The notes beneath the pieces are model-generated. The model saw only the letters and a list, made by a program, of their open reading frames with translations, was not told the origin of the DNA and did no database searches. A stretch of DNA of 64,000 nucleotides from an uncultured bacterium (GTDB lineage: Bacteria; Patescibacteriota; Microgenomatia; Levybacterales; UBA12049). How positions within the stretch are numbered: the first letter of the stretch is position 1; the number at the start of each line of letters is the position of its first letter. Below are positions 38,350 through 47,673 of this stretch, in pieces. Position numbers and translations under genes: made by a program. Location: NCBI GenBank assembly GCA_963826535.1, contig CAWGXL010000011.1, positions 728,581-792,580 of the forward strand, in the 5' to 3' direction.

Positions 38350-39879
38350 ATGAAAACTGTCCGGAAGTCTTTGTTGCGGGGTTTGGTAATTCGTTTTTCA
38401 GTTTTGGCATTTTTTCTACTTGCGCTCCTATGTGAGGTTTGGTTTTTTCTTTTATGGGAAAATGCTGCCGGGATTTCCGGGGCTGAGACTTTTGCTCCAC
38501 TTTTTAAGACCGGACTTTTTATATTTGTGGTTGTTATAGTTCTATTAGTTGTTGCCGTATTACTAGGACTTATATTTATTTATCCGTTGTCGGAGCGATT
38601 AAGAGAATTGATTAGTCAACTATCAGAATTTAAAAGCGCGTCACGACTTACTGTTTCTAAAAACGATGAATTAAGTGATGTAGCGGTTGCTGTGAATAAG
38701 GTGATTGACCGGTTAGAGGGAGAGATTTCAGAAGGGCGGCTTGCTGTAGCAGGAGAACATAAGCATTTTATAGAGGAACAGGATCTTTTGGCAGTCGAGC
38801 AGAAACGGATGTATGAGGAAAAGGAAAAATTGGAGTATGTTCTATCACGGATAACGGACGGCGTGATCATGTTGGGTAGGAATAGAAATATTGTAATGAT
38901 GAATAAGGCGGCTGAAGAGATTACGGGGTTCAATCAAAAAGAGGCAGGGACAAAGTTACTTGCCGGACTTATTAAATTTTATGAAAAGTCAGATGAGATA
39001 TTGATGGACGAATACGCGCCTACGATACAGACGAATACTTCGCAAGACGCATCTTTTATAAAGAAACGGGTGCGACTGGAGAGCAGATATGCTACACCAA
39101 AACTCGTTAATATTGTTTGTGTACAATTGAAACTTATACATACGCAGGATTTGGGATATATGATCGTATTACATGATTTGTCTGAGGAGTTAGACATAGA
39201 AAAGAAACAGATAGGTTTGCTTGCATCATTTGCTCATGAGTTGAAACAGCCACTCCTGATGATGTCAAACGAGCGAGTGCAGGCCGGTGTTATTCAACTT
39301 TCTCTGGTTTTGGAGAATTTGCAAACTTGCGAATCAATTGATAATGGTACTCTTGTGGTTAATTCACAGGCAGTTGATTTACTTGTGCTTTTGAGAAAAA
39401 GTATAGCGGATGTGAAAGAATTGGCTCTTGAGCGGCAAGTTACATTGCAATTTGATGAACCTAAGGATTTTCCCGGAGTTGTGTTAGGAGACGCGCTTAA
39501 AATAAATCAGATTGTTTTAAATTTGCTTTTGAATGCGATCTATTATTCTGCAGGTGGGAGTGTGTCAATCACATTGTCGCAGTCAGAACGAGATATTATT
39601 ATGCAAATTCAGGATAGCGGTATTGGCATACCGACCGAGGCAACGCACGATTTGTTTACGAAGTTTTTTGTAATACCTTCTACAAATCAGAATTCTGAGA
39701 GCGGGGAGGCTGTTCAGTCCGGTGATGCTGCAGCTACGAATAGGAGGATGAAAGCGGGGATCGGCTTGGGGTTGTATGTATGCAAAAAGTTGGTTGAATT
39801 ACAAAATGGAAAGATTTGGCTTGATTCGGTTGAGGGGAGGGGGACGGTTGTGAGTGTAAGTTTGCCGAAGGGGAAGTAA
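38350..39879 (+). CDS. Membrane sensor histidine kinase (HAMP-PAS-HisKA-HATPase)
   Basis: Two TM segments, PAS (DGVIML), AHELKQPL, NLLLNA, DSGIG and GLGL. Confidence 0.9.
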   Translation: MKTVRKSLLRGLVIRFSVLAFFLLALLCEVWFFLLWENAAGISGAETFAPLFKTGLFIFVVVIVLLVVAVLLGLIFIYPLSERLRELISQLSEFKSASRLTVSKNDELSDVAVAVNKVIDRLEGEISEGRLAVAGEHKHFIEEQDLLAVEQKRMYEEKEKLEYVLSRITDGVIMLGRNRNIVMMNKAAEEITGFNQKEAGTKLLAGLIKFYEKSDEILMDEYAPTIQTNTSQDASFIKKRVRLESRYATPKLVNIVCVQLKLIHTQDLGYMIVLHDLSEELDIEKKQIGLLASFAHELKQPLLMMSNERVQAGVIQLSLVLENLQTCESIDNGTLVVNSQAVDLLVLLRKSIADVKELALERQVTLQFDEPKDFPGVVLGDALKINQIVLNLLLNAIYYSAGGSVSITLSQSERDIIMQIQDSGIGIPTEATHDLFTKFFVIPSTNQNSESGEAVQSGDAAATNRRMKAGIGLGLYVCKKLVELQNGKIWLDSVEGRGTVVSVSLPKGK

Positions 39880-39903
39880 GAATTAAGAAATTAGGAAGGA
39901 TAT

Positions 39904-41343
39904 ATGAAGTCTATACAATTTTTTGGGGGGTGTGGGATGGTGACGGGGTCGTGTTACTTGTTGACCGGTGACAATGGGGAACAGATCCTTGTGGATTTGG
40001 GATTATTTCAGGAGTCGGAGGAGCTGGGGAAGTTGAATTATGAAGCTCTGCCATTTGATATTTTAAAACTTTCCGGTGTGGTGTTGACACACGCACATTT
40101 GGATCACTGCGGGCGCTTGCCGCTTTTAACAAATGCTGGATACACGGGGAAAATTTATATGACGCAGGCGACGCGGATGTTGACATCCTTGGTACTCCTC
40201 GATGCTGCGAAGGTAGCAGCAGAGAATAACAGCCGCAGGCATGGTGATTCGGCGCAAATCCCCCCAGCCCCCTTTAATAAAGGGGGCAAGAGGGATTATG
40301 GTAGTGCGGCGGGTGAGGGATTATTATATTCGGAAGAAGATGTAGATAATTTGCTTTCTAAGATCGAGAATGTTGAATATGATCAAGCTTTTTCAATGGG
40401 AGAGTTTGCTATAGTTTTTCGGGATGCGGGGCATATATTGGGTTCTGCAATTGTTGAGATAACCGATGCTAAAGGTAAGAAAATTGTTTTCAGCGGGGAT
40501 TTAGGGAATACTCCGGAGGATATGATACGGCCGACTGAGCATATTGCCGCGGCTGATTTTGTTGTAATGGAGTCTACTTACGGGAATCGAATACACAAGG
40601 AGGAAAGTCCGACTGCGGTTTTACATGAGGAAATCAATGAGATTGAGAAAACGGGAGGCGTGCTTCTTATTCCTTCTTTTTCAATAGAGCGGGCGCAGGA
40701 ACTTCTGCATAGAATCAATCATCTAAAAAAAGACAATAAAATAGATGAGGGCACGAAAGTTTTTTTGGATAGTCCGATGGCAATCAGGGCGACTGAGATT
40801 TTCCGGCAGTCACCTGAGTTGTATAACCAGGAATTGACAAAAGAAAATAAAACAGATGACCCATTTGATTTTCCCGGCCTTAATATTACTTCGAGCGCTG
40901 AAGATAGTCGTGCAATTGTATTTAACCCCGGGCCGAAGGTGATTATCTCAGGTAGTGGAATGATGCACGGAGGCCGAGTGCTGCATCACGCAGTGAATTA
41001 TTTGCCTGATAACAAAACGCGTTTGCTTATCGTTGGGTATCAGGCTCCGGGTACGCTTGGGCGTCATCTTTTGGACGGTGCTAAGAGTGTTGTGATTTAT
41101 AATCAGGAGATTGCTGTAGCAGCTCATATTAGATCAGTTGAAGCGATGAGTTGTCATGCGGATCAGAAGAAGTTATTACAATGGCTCAGGCATATACATA
41201 GCGTGAAAAAAGTTTTTTTGACGCATGGGGAGGATGAGGCGAGGAATGTTTTGGGTGAGAAGATAAGGAGTGGGTTGGGGATTCAAGAAGTTGTGATGCC
41301 GAAGTTGGGGGAAAAATATAATCTTTTATATATTGGATTGTAA
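39904..41343 (+). CDS. MBL-fold beta-CASP ribonuclease
   Basis: THAHLDHCG, AGHILGS, MESTYG and SCHAD motifs. Confidence 0.93.
   Translation: MKSIQFFGGCGMVTGSCYLLTGDNGEQILVDLGLFQESEELGKLNYEALPFDILKLSGVVLTHAHLDHCGRLPLLTNAGYTGKIYMTQATRMLTSLVLLDAAKVAAENNSRRHGDSAQIPPAPFNKGGKRDYGSAAGEGLLYSEEDVDNLLSKIENVEYDQAFSMGEFAIVFRDAGHILGSAIVEITDAKGKKIVFSGDLGNTPEDMIRPTEHIAAADFVVMESTYGNRIHKEESPTAVLHEEINEIEKTGGVLLIPSFSIERAQELLHRINHLKKDNKIDEGTKVFLDSPMAIRATEIFRQSPELYNQELTKENKTDDPFDFPGLNITSSAEDSRAIVFNPGPKVIISGSGMMHGGRVLHHAVNYLPDNKTRLLIVGYQAPGTLGRHLLDGAKSVVIYNQEIAVAAHIRSVEAMSCHADQKKLLQWLRHIHSVKKVFLTHGEDEARNVLGEKIRSGLGIQEVVMPKLGEKYNLLYIGL
40255..40297 (+). repeat. Coding palindrome in the beta-CASP RNase
   Basis: Encodes QIPPAPFNKGGKRD; first 32 nt identical to the uppP copy. 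Confidence 0.9.
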
Positions 41344-41425
41344 ATTGTAAAGTTATTCAGCACCCCCAAATTTTAGTGATTAATTAACTTGTAACACGAG
41401 ATGTAGTCTTATAGTAATTTAGTAA

Positions 41426-41454
41426 TTGCATAGTGATATTTTATTTGTTAAACT
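41426..41454 (+). promoter_or_regulatory. Promoter of attenuated unit 1
   Basis: TTGCAT-N17-TAAACT with extended TG. Confidence 0.6.
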
Positions 41455-41468
41455 GCATGAGTAAATTT

Positions 41469-41519
41469 ATGAAACGAAATTATTCATTAGTCATGTATTG
41501 CTTCTTTTTTGCCCCTTAA
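41469..41519 (+). CDS. Leader peptide 1 (MKRNYSLVMYCFFFAP)
   Basis: Short ORF with three tandem Phe codons overlapping attenuator segment 1. Confidence 0.7.
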   Translation: MKRNYSLVMYCFFFAP

Positions 41520-41553
41520 TTGGGCGGGAGAATTCGTGACTGAGTCACATTTT

Positions 41554-41576
41554 ACCCCGCTGAGCGGGGTTTTTTT
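41554..41576 (+). terminator. Attenuator terminator upstream of ATP-grasp gene 1
   Basis: accccgc-tga-gcggggt plus U-tract; alternative pairing with gcggg at 41524-41528. Confidence 0.8.
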
Positions 41577-41632
41577 GTATTTAAATCCAATAACGGATCT
41601 AAATTTTATAACTGAATAATTTCGTAATATCT

Positions 41633-43096
41633 ATGAACGTAGAGAGACAATCTTTGTATGTTAGTGATGGGGAACGACGAGCTGTGGGCGTTGGTTTTCA
41701 CAATGCTGCTGATGTTTTGTGGGCATCGGATCGTGCTGTACAGGAAGCTGTAAAAAAACACTATCAACAACGGGGAGGGCATATACCCCTTGATAATGTT
41801 GATAAGACTTTTATGTTAGTGCAAGAACATGACGATCCTACTACTTCACAATTCCATTATCTATCTGATATAACCGGCAGAAGAATTGAGCCTAAAACAA
41901 TAGAAGAAATTAAGCAAGAATCCAGAAAAACTTTGTCTCAAAAACCGCTTGTAGTTCCTTATATAAAGCTTCCTCTAACCGAGACATACTTAGAGCGTGA
42001 ACTTGGGGCAGATGTTTGGGGTTTACCAGGGACTGTGGTGTCAGTTTTAAAAAATAAAGCTGAATTTCATGAAAGGATACTGAGGGCTGAAATAGACGGA
42101 CTTCATGTCCCGGATTTTATAGTTACAGATGTAGATGATTTAACTATCAATTCAGAAGAATTTTACAGAACACATGTGAAAGATTTATACAAAAGATTCA
42201 AGATGGACGGGTATACTCATGGTCTAGTCTTGCGGCCGGCTGAGTCTGACGGTAACTTTGGTGCAGGTGTTGTGCGAGAGGAAAATGGACATGTTCTTTT
42301 TATGCCTGATGGCAAGATGGAAGGAGCATCCAGGCATCCAACATTTAATAGCGCATTAGCAAGAAGCCAAGAATATATGAGAAGTACAATGAATAGCGTA
42401 AAAGAAAAGAGGGTGGTTGTTAGTAGGTTGATTGATTTAGCTGATTCTCCGGGGATGTCTGTGGCTGTACTGGATGGTCAGGTAATATCGTTGGGCTGGA
42501 ATGGACAGATAATAAAAGATGGTACGGCATGTGTTGGGACAAGTACATATAGACCTAAAGATGAATATTTACAACAAATACAAGAGGAGAATGAAGAAAA
42601 AACAGCGGGAGCATTCTCGGTGCTATTGAGTCAACTGACAAAGGGGCAAGGGATAGACTTGCAGACGGTACGGGGGATTGCAAATATTGATATCATGATT
42701 CCGGGAGAGCGAGAAAGAGAACTTCAGAGAAAACGTGGTGGAGACCCGCATTTATATGTTGCTGAATCAAATCCACGTTATACCAATATGACTGATGGGG
42801 TTTTGACCGCGGTTGCAGCGCAAAGATTACCGCAAACTGTACGTTCAATGCGGGTAGTGACTGCTGCAGGAATAGTATCGGAAGATAAGTATGCTCTTCC
42901 GGCTGGTGTTGATCCAAAAGCAGTGCGTGACGAAATTTATAAAAGTGATCTTAAATTAAAAGAAGAAGGTACGAGAGTGATAGCACGTATGACCGTTGCC
43001 CCTATGGGTGTTATATTTCTTGGTAATACTGAACTTGCCAGGCGCGAGCTTACGAATGTAGTGCATAAGCTCGCTGGGAAAAAAAGTGTAATTTAA
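41633..43096 (+). CDS. ATP-grasp ligase, paralog 1 (preATP-grasp/PGM1-like, substrate unknown)
   Basis: LKNKAEF..VPDF, RPAESDGNFG loop, NIDIM and AESNPR motifs. Confidence 0.8.
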   Translation: MNVERQSLYVSDGERRAVGVGFHNAADVLWASDRAVQEAVKKHYQQRGGHIPLDNVDKTFMLVQEHDDPTTSQFHYLSDITGRRIEPKTIEEIKQESRKTLSQKPLVVPYIKLPLTETYLERELGADVWGLPGTVVSVLKNKAEFHERILRAEIDGLHVPDFIVTDVDDLTINSEEFYRTHVKDLYKRFKMDGYTHGLVLRPAESDGNFGAGVVREENGHVLFMPDGKMEGASRHPTFNSALARSQEYMRSTMNSVKEKRVVVSRLIDLADSPGMSVAVLDGQVISLGWNGQIIKDGTACVGTSTYRPKDEYLQQIQEENEEKTAGAFSVLLSQLTKGQGIDLQTVRGIANIDIMIPGERERELQRKRGGDPHLYVAESNPRYTNMTDGVLTAVAAQRLPQTVRSMRVVTAAGIVSEDKYALPAGVDPKAVRDEIYKSDLKLKEEGTRVIARMTVAPMGVIFLGNTELARRELTNVVHKLAGKKSVI

Positions 43097-43099
43097 TTA

Positions 43100-43128
43100 T
43101 TGAACAATGGATTTGTATTTGTTATACT
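43100..43128 (+). promoter_or_regulatory. Promoter of attenuated unit 2
   Basis: TTGAAC-N17-TATACT with extended TG. Confidence 0.65.
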
Positions 43129-43144
43129 GATTAAGTTGATTTAT

Positions 43145-43198
43145 ATGAAATACAGCAATAGATTAGTTAAGTTTTTCCTCCTTCTTAACACCCACTAA
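43145..43198 (+). CDS. Leader peptide 2 (MKYSNRLVKFFLLLNTH)
   Basis: Short ORF with an FFLLL run at the same position as in leader 1. Confidence 0.7.
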   Translation: MKYSNRLVKFFLLLNTH

Positions 43199-43231
43199 TT
43201 GGGCGGGAGGATTCGTGATTGAATCAAATAT

Positions 43232-43256
43232 ACCCGCTAACTGAGCGGGTTTTTTT
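43232..43256 (+). terminator. Attenuator terminator upstream of ATP-grasp gene 2
   Basis: acccgct-aactg-agcgggt plus U-tract; alternative pairing with gcggg at 43203-43207. Confidence 0.8.
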
Positions 43257-43261
43257 GTGTT

Positions 43262-44719
43262 ATGAATAAAGAGAATGGAAACCAATCATTATTTGTTCCT
43301 ATAGGCGAACTGCAAGTTGGTGTTGGTTATCATAATGTTCATCAAGTTGTTGGAGCATCCGATTTTGTACAAAAAAAAATAAAAGAAAAGTATCAGATGC
43401 GTTGTGGACATGTGCCGCTTGATGGTTTCGAACGTACTCATGTTTTGGTAGGCGAACATACGGATGCAACTACTTCACAATTAGATTATCTCTCCGATAT
43501 TTTCGGTCGAAAAATTGCACCTAAGACAGTGGGGGAAATTAAACAGGAATCTAGTAAAGATGGTGGTCAGAAGCCATTGGTTGTTCCATATATTAGACTT
43601 CCTGAAGTAGATGTATCTATGCAGGAAAAACTCGGTGCGAAAGTGTGGGGACTGCCTGGAGGAATGGTGATTGCATTAAAAAATAAAGTAGAATTTCACA
43701 GGATGATTGAAAAAGCTCAAATAGATGATCTTCATGTGCCAGATTTTACTATTGCAAGAGTAGATGATTTGACTGCTAGTGCAGAAGAATTTCGATTGAG
43801 GCATGTAGAAGGTTTATACAAAAGATATGATATGAGTGATTATAACCGCGGACTTATGGTGCGAGCTGCCGAATCTGATGGCAACTATGGCGCAGCTATT
43901 GTTAAGGAGGTTAATGGAAATAAAATTCTTATGCCTGACGGAAAAATGGATAAATTTCAGAAACATGATACTTGGAAAGGGGCATTAGAAGCTTGTCAGG
44001 TATATATTAAGGAAGCGATGAATACGGCAAAAGAGGATAGGGTAGTTATTAGCAGGCTTATTGATCTTGCTGATTCTCCGGGTATGTCTGCTGCTATTTT
44101 AGACGGTCAGATGCTGTCTTTAGGATGGAATGGGCAATTATATAAAGATGGGACAGCATGTGAAGGTACAGGCACATATAAACCAAAAAATGAATATTTA
44201 AAACGTACACAAGTTTTGTATGAAGAAAAGGTAGCAGGGGCATTCGAAAAATTGTTGAAACAACTGGCAGATGAAAAAGGAATAGACTTCAGCGTAATAA
44301 GAGGATTTGTGAATATAGATATAATGATTCCAGGGCATAAGGAAAGAGAGCTTCAAAGAAGGAGGGATGGAGAAACATACTTTTATCTTGCCGAATCAAA
44401 TCCACGTATTACTCATTTTACTGATGCAGTTTTGACAGGGGTTGCGGCCCAGAGGCAAAGGCAAACTGTAAATTCTATGCGTGAAATAATAGCTAAGGAT
44501 TTACAAGCAGAAGACAGTTTTACACTACCCGAATATGTTGATCCTAGAAATGTTCGTGATATGGTTTATCAAAGAGACCTTGATTTAAGATATGGTGGTA
44601 CAAGAATAATTACACGTATGTTGGGAATCCACAATGTGGGTGTCATATTCATGGGTGATACGGCTCGGGGCAGACGAGAACTTACAAATATTGTTGATAA
44701 ACTAGCGGTGAAAAAGTGA
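43262..44719 (+). CDS. ATP-grasp ligase, paralog 2
   Basis: Colinear with paralog 1; RAAESDGNYG, DLADSPGMS and AESNPR. Confidence 0.8.
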   Translation: MNKENGNQSLFVPIGELQVGVGYHNVHQVVGASDFVQKKIKEKYQMRCGHVPLDGFERTHVLVGEHTDATTSQLDYLSDIFGRKIAPKTVGEIKQESSKDGGQKPLVVPYIRLPEVDVSMQEKLGAKVWGLPGGMVIALKNKVEFHRMIEKAQIDDLHVPDFTIARVDDLTASAEEFRLRHVEGLYKRYDMSDYNRGLMVRAAESDGNYGAAIVKEVNGNKILMPDGKMDKFQKHDTWKGALEACQVYIKEAMNTAKEDRVVISRLIDLADSPGMSAAILDGQMLSLGWNGQLYKDGTACEGTGTYKPKNEYLKRTQVLYEEKVAGAFEKLLKQLADEKGIDFSVIRGFVNIDIMIPGHKERELQRRRDGETYFYLAESNPRITHFTDAVLTGVAAQRQRQTVNSMREIIAKDLQAEDSFTLPEYVDPRNVRDMVYQRDLDLRYGGTRIITRMLGIHNVGVIFMGDTARGRRELTNIVDKLAVKK

Positions 44720-44731
44720 TATAAAAAATAT

Positions 44732-45802
44732 ATGCAGCAAAATATTCTAAAATTGGCTAGAAGTTTAATTTCCATTCCGTCTGTTCATGAGAATTCTCAG
44801 GGGCTAAAAGTTATTCTTGAGGTTGCAAAAAAAGAATTGCGGGGATTTCATATTGGTGAATTTGAGAGTGGCGGGGTTACTAGTATACTTTTCTCTAATA
44901 CTACAAAGCCCACTAAGCAATTTAGAATTATTCTTAATGCTCATCTCGATGTTGTTCCGGGTACTGCAAAGCAGTATTCTCCGGAAGTGAAAGATGGTAA
45001 GTTGCATGGAAGGGGCGCATATGATATGAAAGCTGCGGCTGCGGTTATGATCTTACTTTTTAAGGAAATCGGCAAAAAAGTAGATTTTCCTCTTGGATTG
45101 CAACTTACAACTGATGAAGAGGTTGGGGGAGCAAACGGTACAGGATATCAAATAAAAAAGGGCTTACGTACTGATTTTGTCATAACCGGTGAAGGAACGA
45201 GTTTTCGTATTATTAATGAAGCAAAAGCCAGGATAATTCTAAAGCTCACGGCCAATGGAAAAACATCTCATGCCGCATACCCCTGGCTTGGAGAAAATGC
45301 TATTTGGAAGATGACACAGGCTATAAACAGATTATATAATGTATATCCACTACCGAGTTCTGAATGGAATGGAACAACGTTTAATATTACGACAATCAGT
45401 ACTGATAATCATACTCTTAATAAAACTCCGGATTATTGCGAAGCTACGGTCAATATACGTGTAATACCGCAGGAAAAGGATACAATTGTAAGCGATATAA
45501 AAAAAATAGTGTCCGAAGATATTACTGTAGAGCAAACTGAGGATTCATATTTGCATCAGACCAATCCTGACAGCCCTTATATTAAAAAATTGCAAGCTGT
45601 AACGAAAGAAATACTGGGCATCGATGCAGTTTTGAGCCGGGCTCATGGTGGATCAGACGCATGTCATTATACAGCTGTGGGGTGTGAAGGTATTGAGTTC
45701 GGGCCTATTGGCGGCAATCATCATGCGGATGAAGAATGGGTTGATGTCGAGAGCTTGGTAGATTACTATAATATTCTAAAGAAATTTCTTTTGAGGTGTT
45801 AA
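44732..45802 (+). CDS. M20 family metallopeptidase/deacylase (ArgE/DapE-like)
   Basis: NAHLDVVP, GRGAYDMK, DEEVGG, GGSD and H..EE motifs. Confidence 0.92.
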   Translation: MQQNILKLARSLISIPSVHENSQGLKVILEVAKKELRGFHIGEFESGGVTSILFSNTTKPTKQFRIILNAHLDVVPGTAKQYSPEVKDGKLHGRGAYDMKAAAAVMILLFKEIGKKVDFPLGLQLTTDEEVGGANGTGYQIKKGLRTDFVITGEGTSFRIINEAKARIILKLTANGKTSHAAYPWLGENAIWKMTQAINRLYNVYPLPSSEWNGTTFNITTISTDNHTLNKTPDYCEATVNIRVIPQEKDTIVSDIKKIVSEDITVEQTEDSYLHQTNPDSPYIKKLQAVTKEILGIDAVLSRAHGGSDACHYTAVGCEGIEFGPIGGNHHADEEWVDVESLVDYYNILKKFLLRC

Positions 45803-45862
45803 AATGTGATTTTTAAAATAGGGTATTGACAAGCAGGGGTTTTTTGATTAACAATATAATAA

Positions 45863-46018
45863 GTGAAAAGAACTAAAGTAAAAAAAGTTAAGAGTTTGAG
45901 GACTGTTAAGGGCAGTAAACAGTTTACAGAGAAACATAAGCATTTCGAACATTTAATTGTAATATTTGCAGGTGTGGTAGTAGCTTTCTTCCTGGTGCTT
46001 ACTAAATCTTCACAGTAA
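45863..46018 (+). CDS. Unannotated 51-aa basic protein with C-terminal TM helix
   Basis: GTG start just after TTGACA (45826) and TATAAT (45855); Lys-rich then hydrophobic. Confidence 0.45.
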   Translation: MKRTKVKKVKSLRTVKGSKQFTEKHKHFEHLIVIFAGVVVAFFLVLTKSSQ

Positions 46019-46079
46019 AATAAAATTTATACTTTGCTTCTTGGTGTATTATTTCCTTATTTATGCTAATATGACATTG

Positions 46080-46204
46080 ATACAAGTTCCGCATTTGGCA
46101 CATTGCGGCGTCAGGTTCTGCGGTGCTCGACAGCGTACGCTTTAGTACGCTTTACTCCGCTCCTCGACCCTTCCTTGCACTGTACTCAAATGCGAAACTT
46201 GTAT
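46080..46204. mobile_element. MITE-like element with ~18-bp imperfect terminal inverted repeats
   Basis: atacaagttccgcatttg ... caaatgcgaaacttgtat; GC-rich structured interior. Confidence 0.6.
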
Positions 46205-46218
46205 ATATAAAAAGGTGT

Positions 46219-47584
46219 ATGGCGATTCAGACGGTTAATCCTACTACAGGCAAATTAATAAAACAATTCAAACCTACAACGGCTTCGGAAGTCGAAAGGC
46301 GTCTTTCTCGGGCGCAAAAGGCATTTCAGTCGTGGAGTAAGCTGACGGTAGCGGCGCGGATTAAATATGTTCAACGGCTTTCCGAGTATTTGGAAAAGGA
46401 AAAGCAGGTGTTGGGGAGATTGGTGACTTTGGAGATGGGACGGGTGTATGCGGATTCTGTGGCTGAGATTTCAAAGAGCGCTAGTGTATGTAAGTACTAT
46501 ATTCAAAACGGTGAGAAATTTTTGCAAGAGCAGCATGTGCCTACGGAGGCTGCAAAAAGTTATATCGAGTACGCGCCGCTTGGAATAATATTGGGCATTA
46601 TGCCATGGAATTTTCCTTTTTATCTGGTTTTTCGTCCGCTTATTCCGGCTCTGGTTGCGGGTAATGTCTTTGTGCTTAAGCATGCGTCGAATGTTCCTCA
46701 ATGTGCTCTGGCTATTGAGGAAATGTTTTCGGAAGACCGGGTTTCCGGCGGGAGTGTTTACTAATCTTTTTATTGAGGGCGGAAATGTCAGCCATGTGAT
46801 TGCTGATGACCGGATCGCAGCGGTAACTCTTACAGGAAGTGAGGCTGCGGGGGCTAAAGTCGCGGGGCTCGCGGGGGCGCATTTGAAAAAGACTGTTTTG
46901 GAGTTGGGCGGATCGGATGCATTTATAGTTTTGGAAGACGCAAATATTGAGGAGGCAGTTACACAATCTGTAAAAGGCAGACTGATGAATGCCGGGCAGG
47001 CTTGTAATTCACCTAAACGGATTATTTTGACGCATAAAATTGCAGATCGATTTAAAGATTTATTTGTGGCGAAGTCGCGAAAGCTTAAGGTAGGGGATCC
47101 GATGGATCCTGGGACAGATGTTTGTCCAATGGCGCGTGAGGATTTGATTGAGGTTTTGGATGAACAAGTGTCAGGTTCTATAAAGCGCGGGGCGAAGCTT
47201 TTGCAAGGAGGTAGAAGGATCAAGAGAGCAGGATTTTTTTATGAAGTAACAGTTGTAGATAATGTGAAAAAGGGTATGCCGCTATTCGATGAAGAGGTTT
47301 TCGGGCCGGTTGTTGTGTTTATTACAGTTAAATCAGACGCAGAGGCAATACAAGTGGCGAATGATACGCATTTGGGGTTGAGCGCGAGTGTTTGGACAGG
47401 TGATATTAAGCGGGCGCATCATTTTATAGATAATTTGCATGTGGGTAATGTGTTTGTAAATCAAGTTGTGCGGTCAGATCCAAGGCTTCCTTATGGTGGA
47501 GTTAAAAAGTCAGGTTATGGGAGGGAATTGGGAGAGCACGGGATACGGGAGTTTACGAATATAAAGACGGTTGTTATTAAGTGA
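46219..47584 (+). pseudogene. NAD(P)-dependent succinate-semialdehyde dehydrogenase (Sad/GabD-like), frameshifted
   Basis: PWNFP and KHASNVP in frame 1; TGS, LELGGSD, GQAC and EEVFGP in frame 2; one extra T at 46726-46729. Confidence 0.85.
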
Positions 47585-47621
47585 AGAATATATATTGAGC
47601 TTTTTTGTCATTAAATTTTTA

Positions 47622-47656
47622 CCCTCACCCTGACCCTCTCCCTTAAAGGGAGAGGG
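47622..47656. repeat. CCCTCACCCTGACCCTCTCCC..GGGAGAGGG palindromic repeat
   Basis: ccctctccc-ttaaa-gggagaggg hairpin. Confidence 0.75.
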
Positions 47657-47673
47657 AAGGTAAATGAAGAAAT

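Noticed and set aside
41554-41570. Attenuator terminator as merely a dispersed CCCGC-TGA-GCGGG repeat
   Set aside because: Similar hairpins occur near 7447 and 9481, but only the two attenuator copies have U-tracts, leader ORFs and antiterminator complements.
41469-43198. Leader ORFs as graspetide/RiPP precursors
   Set aside because: They lack the Asp/Glu acceptor residues needed for graspetide cross-links, and their overlap with terminator/antiterminator segments fits attenuation better. Use as PGM1-type nucleophile peptides is not formally excluded.
46123-46218. Upstream extension of the aldehyde dehydrogenase ORF
   Set aside because: It runs through the MITE-like element; ATG 46219 has an SD-like AAGGTG and a typical family N-terminus.
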